Positions 54,292 to 58,151 of a stretch of 58,151 nt of DNA are shown piece after piece. A program made the position numbers and the translations under genes. The stretch is from Candidatus Micrarchaeota archaeon. GTDB lineage: Archaea; Micrarchaeota; Micrarchaeia; Micrarchaeales; CABMGC01. The notes under the pieces are model-generated. The model searched no databases. It saw only the letters and a program-made list of their open reading frames with translations, and had not been told where the DNA came from. Location: positions 1-58,151 of the forward strand of contig DAIDLJ010000002.1 of the NCBI GenBank assembly GCA_027449585.1. Reading direction: 5' to 3'. Each line of letters starts with the position of its first letter. Within the stretch, counting starts at the first letter, position 1.

Positions 54292-55682
54292 TTCCTTGAT
54301 GGCAACCTACTCCTATAATTTGAGTACTTGAAAAGCTCAGTAAGGGATCTTACAGCTGCGGATGGAGAATCATAGACAGGAAGACCGGCACTTTCCATCA
54401 TTATTCTATGCATTCTTGTGTAGTCTGAGCCTATGCTAAGAACTATCATTGGCTTGTCCATCCGCTCCTTAAAGCTTATGAGTTTGGCTGCTGCACGCGA
54501 ATCTGCGCCCGGAGTCTGAAAGAGCATTATGACTATGAACATATCAATTCCGTCGTCCTTGCTAAGTATGTCAAGGGCATCGCCATATCTTTTCTCATCC
54601 GCATCTCCAACAATATCTAATGGCACCCTTAGGTTCACCAAAGGCGGCATGACTTTCTTGAGATCCGCCCTGCTCTTTTCTGACAGGTTGGCAAGCTGCA
54701 GCAAACCAGATAGGCCAATGGCGTCGGCAGTAAGTACCCCGGTACCACCACCGTTTGTTATTATTGCGACTTTGCTACCTTTTGGCATCGGCTCGCTCTC
54801 AAGGGTCTTGGCATAATTAAGAAGGTCACTCAAATCGTCAGCTATAGTGAATCCAAATTGCCTAAAGACAGCTTCGTGGGATTCGTAATCCCCAGCCAGG
54901 GCAGCAGTATGTGAGTGTGCCGCAGCCTGACCTGCCGACGTGCGGCCGGCCTTAAGCACTATTACTGGCTTTATTTTTGTTATCTTCTTTGCAACATCTA
55001 TGAAGTCTTTGCCCCGCTTTATGCCTTCGATATACATTATGATTACTTTTGTTTCGGGATCATCCATAAGATAGTTGAGTATGTCTACTTCGTCTACATG
55101 TGCAGCGTTGCCATAAGATATAAATTTGGACAGACCAAAACCTTCCCCAGATATCAGATCTAGCACGGTGCTGCCTACTGCTCCGCTCTGGCACACAAAA
55201 CTAACCCCGCCTACCGAAGGCCGGCTCAACTTGTATGTTGGAAGGAAGAGCGTATCTACCCTGGACCTTGGATCCATGACCCCAAGGCAGTTTGGACCGA
55301 GGGTAGGCATGTTGTATTTGTTCGCGATGGCAACAAGCTTGTCCTGAAGCTCCTGCGCCCCTATCTCAGCAAAGCCGCCGCTTACGACAACGGTGGTCTT
55401 CACCTTGGCGCGTCCGCATTCGTCAAGGACGTCTGGCACAAACGCCGCTGGTACGCATATGACGGCAAGATCTAGGTCGTCCTTTATGTCAAGCACGCTG
55501 GGATATGATTTAACTCCGAGTATCTCGGTTGCACTCTTGTTTACAGCATAAATCCTTCCAGGATAGCCGCCATTTATGTAGTTCTGAAGTATGACATGGC
55601 CGACCTTGTCCGGATCCCTCGATGCTCCTATTATTGCTACAGACGCTGGCTTGAGCATTGGTTTTAGATCCATCTTCTTCAT
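54288..55682 (-). CDS. acdA: ADP-forming acetyl-CoA synthetase, alpha subunit (CoA-binding/ligase-CoA domains)
   Basis: 464 aa. It begins 'LKPASVAIIGASRDPDKVGH', with 'GPNCLG' and 'SQSGA' blocks. Confidence 0.85.
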   Translation of the reverse strand: MKKMDLKPMLKPASVAIIGASRDPDKVGHVILQNYINGGYPGRIYAVNKSATEILGVKSYPSVLDIKDDLDLAVICVPAAFVPDVLDECGRAKVKTTVVVSGGFAEIGAQELQDKLVAIANKYNMPTLGPNCLGVMDPRSRVDTLFLPTYKLSRPSVGGVSFVCQSGAVGSTVLDLISGEGFGLSKFISYGNAAHVDEVDILNYLMDDPETKVIIMYIEGIKRGKDFIDVAKKITKIKPVIVLKAGRTSAGQAAAHSHTAALAGDYESHEAVFRQFGFTIADDLSDLLNYAKTLESEPMPKGSKVAIITNGGGTGVLTADAIGLSGLLQLANLSEKSRADLKKVMPPLVNLRVPLDIVGDADEKRYGDALDILSKDDGIDMFIVIMLFQTPGADSRAAAKLISFKERMDKPMIVLSIGSDYTRMHRIMMESAGLPVYDSPSAAVRSLTELFKYSNYRSRLPSRN

Positions 55683-55686
55683 TCGA

Positions 55687-56304
55687 TCAACCCGTTATCA
55701 TACGAATATCTACTGCAACATACGAACCCTCTTTTATTATGAGAGGATTGAGATCGAGTTCTGTGACTTTCTCGTTGTCTGTCAGCAGTTTTGATACGCT
55801 TAGCAGAAGACCTATGATCATTTCGTTATCCTTGCCCTGGAATGTTACCACATTCTTAGACCTTAATTGGTCTATCATGTCCTGGGCATCATTGCGGTTT
55901 ATTGGGCAGACCCTTAGTGCAAAGTCCCTGAAGACCTCCACGTATATGCCGCCCAGGCCGAGAAGTATGAGCTTTCCAAACTGCGGATCCGTCCTTCCGC
56001 CCACTATTACCTCGACGCCGCCTTTTGACATCTTCTGTGCAATAATTTTATAGGGTTTGAGATCTTTTCCCTTAAGCTCTAGGTCCTTGAATGCAACGGT
56101 TATGTCTTCGCCGTTTAGATCCAGTTTTACTAGGCCGGCTTTTGACTTATGAAGCGCTTTGTCAGATATCAGCTTGAGCACTATGTGGTCCTTGCCGGCG
56201 AATGAAAGGGCTTCTTTGGAGGATGAGACATAGCTGCTTTCTATGCTCTTTATGCCGTACTTGTCTAGCAGCTTCTTGCCTTCGAAATAATCGAGCAGGA
56301 CCAT
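55687..56304 (-). CDS. acdB: ADP-forming acetyl-CoA synthetase, beta subunit (ATP-grasp)
   Basis: 205 aa. 'EGKKLLDKYGI' and 'VLKLISDKALHKSKAGLVKL' show the ATP-grasp_5 pattern. It lies 4 nt upstream of acdA. Confidence 0.8.
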   Translation of the reverse strand: MVLLDYFEGKKLLDKYGIKSIESSYVSSSKEALSFAGKDHIVLKLISDKALHKSKAGLVKLDLNGEDITVAFKDLELKGKDLKPYKIIAQKMSKGGVEVIVGGRTDPQFGKLILLGLGGIYVEVFRDFALRVCPINRNDAQDMIDQLRSKNVVTFQGKDNEMIIGLLLSVSKLLTDNEKVTELDLNPLIIKEGSYVAVDIRMITG

Positions 56305-56310
56305 ATTGAA

Positions 56311-56964
56311 TCACCTTATGTAATATAGGTAGTATACTCCAGCCGCTACGACGATTACAAGCAGTAATGCAAGCAAGTAGATTGTTGTATTTCCACTCTT
56401 TTTGTGGGAAAGTTCGTGTATATCTATAGGACCTTCGGTAACATTCTGTTTTGGTTGTTCTGATGTTTGCTGCGGATTTGGCTGCTGCGGTTGCGGCGGA
56501 ATGGCGGCCTTGGCCTTTAGAAATCCAGAATCAGTAAGCATCACTGTGACGCCACCACTCTTTAGCTCGTATGTAAGGTATCCTTGTTTGTATAGCTTGT
56601 AGATCCTGAGCGCCAGATCCTTCGGCCTTAAATTAAGTGTATTCTGAAGGTCAGTTGGCATTCGTTTACCACCAGAAACCTGAACAAGTATCGCATCGTC
56701 AAGATCATCGTATGGAGACGTAGCCTTAGACTCTGACTCTGCCATCAAAGCCTTTCCTGCATCGGTTATGGTTACAGTGTTTGGACCGGGATATGATGCT
56801 GAGAAATCTATGAGGCCTTTTTGCTTTAGAGTGCCTGCCATATTTGAAGCATCAAATATGCTCGCATTTATGGCGCTTCCGAGTTTTTCTAAGGTAGTGT
56901 CTGGACCTATGCTGAGAAGAGATGCTAGGTCCATAAAATTTATCTCGTCAGCCATTCCTATCAA
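56311..56964 (-). CDS. Hypothetical tail-anchored membrane protein with Pro/Gln-rich linker
   Basis: 217 aa. Two similar ~70-aa soluble modules are followed by 'PPQPQQPNPQQTSEQPKQ' and a C-terminal TM (IYLLALLLVIVVAAGVYYLYY). It lies 6 nt upstream of acdB. Confidence 0.5.
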   Translation of the reverse strand: MIGMADEINFMDLASLLSIGPDTTLEKLGSAINASIFDASNMAGTLKQKGLIDFSASYPGPNTVTITDAGKALMAESESKATSPYDDLDDAILVQVSGGKRMPTDLQNTLNLRPKDLALRIYKLYKQGYLTYELKSGGVTVMLTDSGFLKAKAAIPPQPQQPNPQQTSEQPKQNVTEGPIDIHELSHKKSGNTTIYLLALLLVIVVAAGVYYLYYIR

Positions 56965-57034
56965 TCTGATTATTGCATAAGTATATATAAAAGGATTAGA
57001 GTTGCTTATCTAATTGTTTTAGTTGAGTGGTTAA

Positions 57035-58151
57035 TTGAAGATAAAGTTTCTTGGGGGAGCAGGAGAAGTGGGCAGGTCGGCCATGCTGGTCGAAGACAAG
57101 AAGAACCTCCTTTTTGACTATGGAATAAAAGTGGAGAGCAAGACGGAATACCCAATGCATCCTGAAAGGGTCGATGCATGCTTCATAAGCCACGCCCACC
57201 TTGACCACAGCGGCTGCGCCCCGGTACTATACAAGGATGGATTTCCAGAGATGTTTGCGACTCCACCAACAATGGATCTTGCAGAACTCCTTATTGAAGA
57301 CTCGATAAAGATACACAGAAAGAAACACGAGCATGAGAAAGTTAATGGGAGCCAGCTTAGGACCATGATGAATAGATATACTCCGTGCGAGTATGGGCGT
57401 GGAAGAGATTTTGGAGGTTATTCGGTAACAATGTACGATGCGGGACATATATGTGGAAGTTCAATCACAGTTGTGGAAAGACATAATGACAATAGGAAGA
57501 TAGCCTACACTGGGGACTTTAAGCTTGAACCCCAGTTGCTTGAGGAGGGGGCAGACATAGTAAAAAGTGACGTACTGATTATGGAGTCGACATATGCCGG
57601 GAAGGACCATCCAGAAAGAATTAAACTTGCAGAAGGCATGGTAAATAGCATTAGGGAGACAGTAGACAATGGCGGCGTCGCCTTGCTGCCAGTATTTGCT
57701 GTGGGAAGATCCCAAGAGATGCTTGCGCTAATGTGCAAGTACAATCTCATAGACATAACATACATTGACGGAATGGCCAAGGCTGCAACGGAGATAGTGG
57801 AGAATTATTCTGGATTCATAAAGAACGGCAGGCTGCTTAGAGAGGCGATAGACAGATCGTTATGGATAGAGAATCCAAAAAACAGGTCCGCGGCCCTGGA
57901 AGGAGGGAGTGTGATACTGACAACTTCTGGAATGCTTAATGGAGGACCTGTGCTCGAATACATACAGAAACTAAACAAACACTCGAAGATATTTCTAACC
58001 GGATATCAAGTAGAGAATACCGGGGGAGATAAACTTGTGCGCGGGCTGCCATTAGACATTGATGGTAGGAAGTTTCGCGTGAAGACGCCTTTTGAGGCTT
58101 ATGACTTCTCCGCGCACGCTGGAAAGAGTGATCTTCATGACTATGTTAAGG
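57035..58151 (+). CDS. beta-CASP family metallo-beta-lactamase RNase (aCPSF2/RNase J-like), 3' partial at window edge
   Basis: This ORF is not in the track because it has no stop before the window end. It is open from TTG at 57035, which follows an in-frame TAA. It reads 'KIKFLGGAGEVGRSAMLV'. The HxHxDH motif 'SHAHLDHSG' is encoded at 57191-57208. Further blocks are 'YDAGHICGS', 'IMESTYAG', 'ALLPVFAVGRSQE' and 'FSAHAG'. Confidence 0.85.
   Translation, partial: MKIKFLGGAGEVGRSAMLVEDKKNLLFDYGIKVESKTEYPMHPERVDACFISHAHLDHSGCAPVLYKDGFPEMFATPPTMDLAELLIEDSIKIHRKKHEHEKVNGSQLRTMMNRYTPCEYGRGRDFGGYSVTMYDAGHICGSSITVVERHNDNRKIAYTGDFKLEPQLLEEGADIVKSDVLIMESTYAGKDHPERIKLAEGMVNSIRETVDNGGVALLPVFAVGRSQEMLALMCKYNLIDITYIDGMAKAATEIVENYSGFIKNGRLLREAIDRSLWIENPKNRSAALEGGSVILTTSGMLNGGPVLEYIQKLNKHSKIFLTGYQVENTGGDKLVRGLPLDIDGRKFRVKTPFEAYDFSAHAGKSDLHDYVK

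Noticed and set aside
1-58151. CRISPR arrays, rRNA genes, transposases/IS elements and known defence-system genes.
   Set aside because: No regularly spaced direct repeats, rRNA-like conserved blocks, transposase/integrase motifs or defence-type domains were seen on either strand. The only exception is the single AbrB/PIN pair.

Overview
This is a gene-dense archaeal chromosome segment, roughly 90% coding on both strands, with many 1-4 nt gene overlaps and TATA-box/leaderless-type promoters. It consists mostly of core information-processing genes. These include the rpoH-rpoB''-rpoB'-rpoA'-rpoA'' operon with a split B subunit. The exosome/proteasome superoperon is present as psmA-SBDS-rrp4-rrp41-rrp42-L37ae-ORF120-rpoP. 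Also present are MCM, Orc1/Cdc6, an Mre11-like nuclease, thermosome, SRP54, KEOPS Kae1 plus Bud32, a DRG GTPase, and four aminoacyl-tRNA synthetases (Cys, Trp, His, Met). The conserved adk-DUF106-L34e-cmk-L14e block, purA/purB, AdoHcy hydrolase and ADP-forming acetyl-CoA synthetase are also here. A surface/N-glycosylation block contains AglB/STT3, a GT4 glycosyltransferase and sequon-rich secreted proteins. The sense strands are purine-rich (AAG, GAG, AGG, ATA), which produces many long spurious antisense ORFs in the track. By inference the source is a small-genome archaeon (DPANN/Micrarchaeota-like or euryarchaeal); this cannot be proven from the window. Four items are absent from the ORF track but supported by direct reading. 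They are an intron-containing tRNA with anticodon UAU, a tRNA-Gly(UCC), a textbook C/D box sRNA just upstream of a histone-fold gene, and a 43-aa RpoP gene. An L41e-like basic peptide lies inside a 61-aa track ORF, and a partial beta-CASP RNase gene runs off the 3' edge. No CRISPR array, rRNA, transposase or recognisable defence island was seen. The candidates most worth follow-up are: (1) a cytoplasmic wHTH-TM-glycosylated ectodomain protein with three CTTTCGGTTT repeats in its promoter region; (2) AglB carrying an N-terminal 3-TM plus coiled-coil extension; (3) the tight Mrp-like(no CxxC)-Cdc6-Mre11-like operon; (4) an in-frame TAG inside a conserved membrane-protein domain; (5) tRNA-Ile(UAU) together with near-exclusive ATA usage for Ile.
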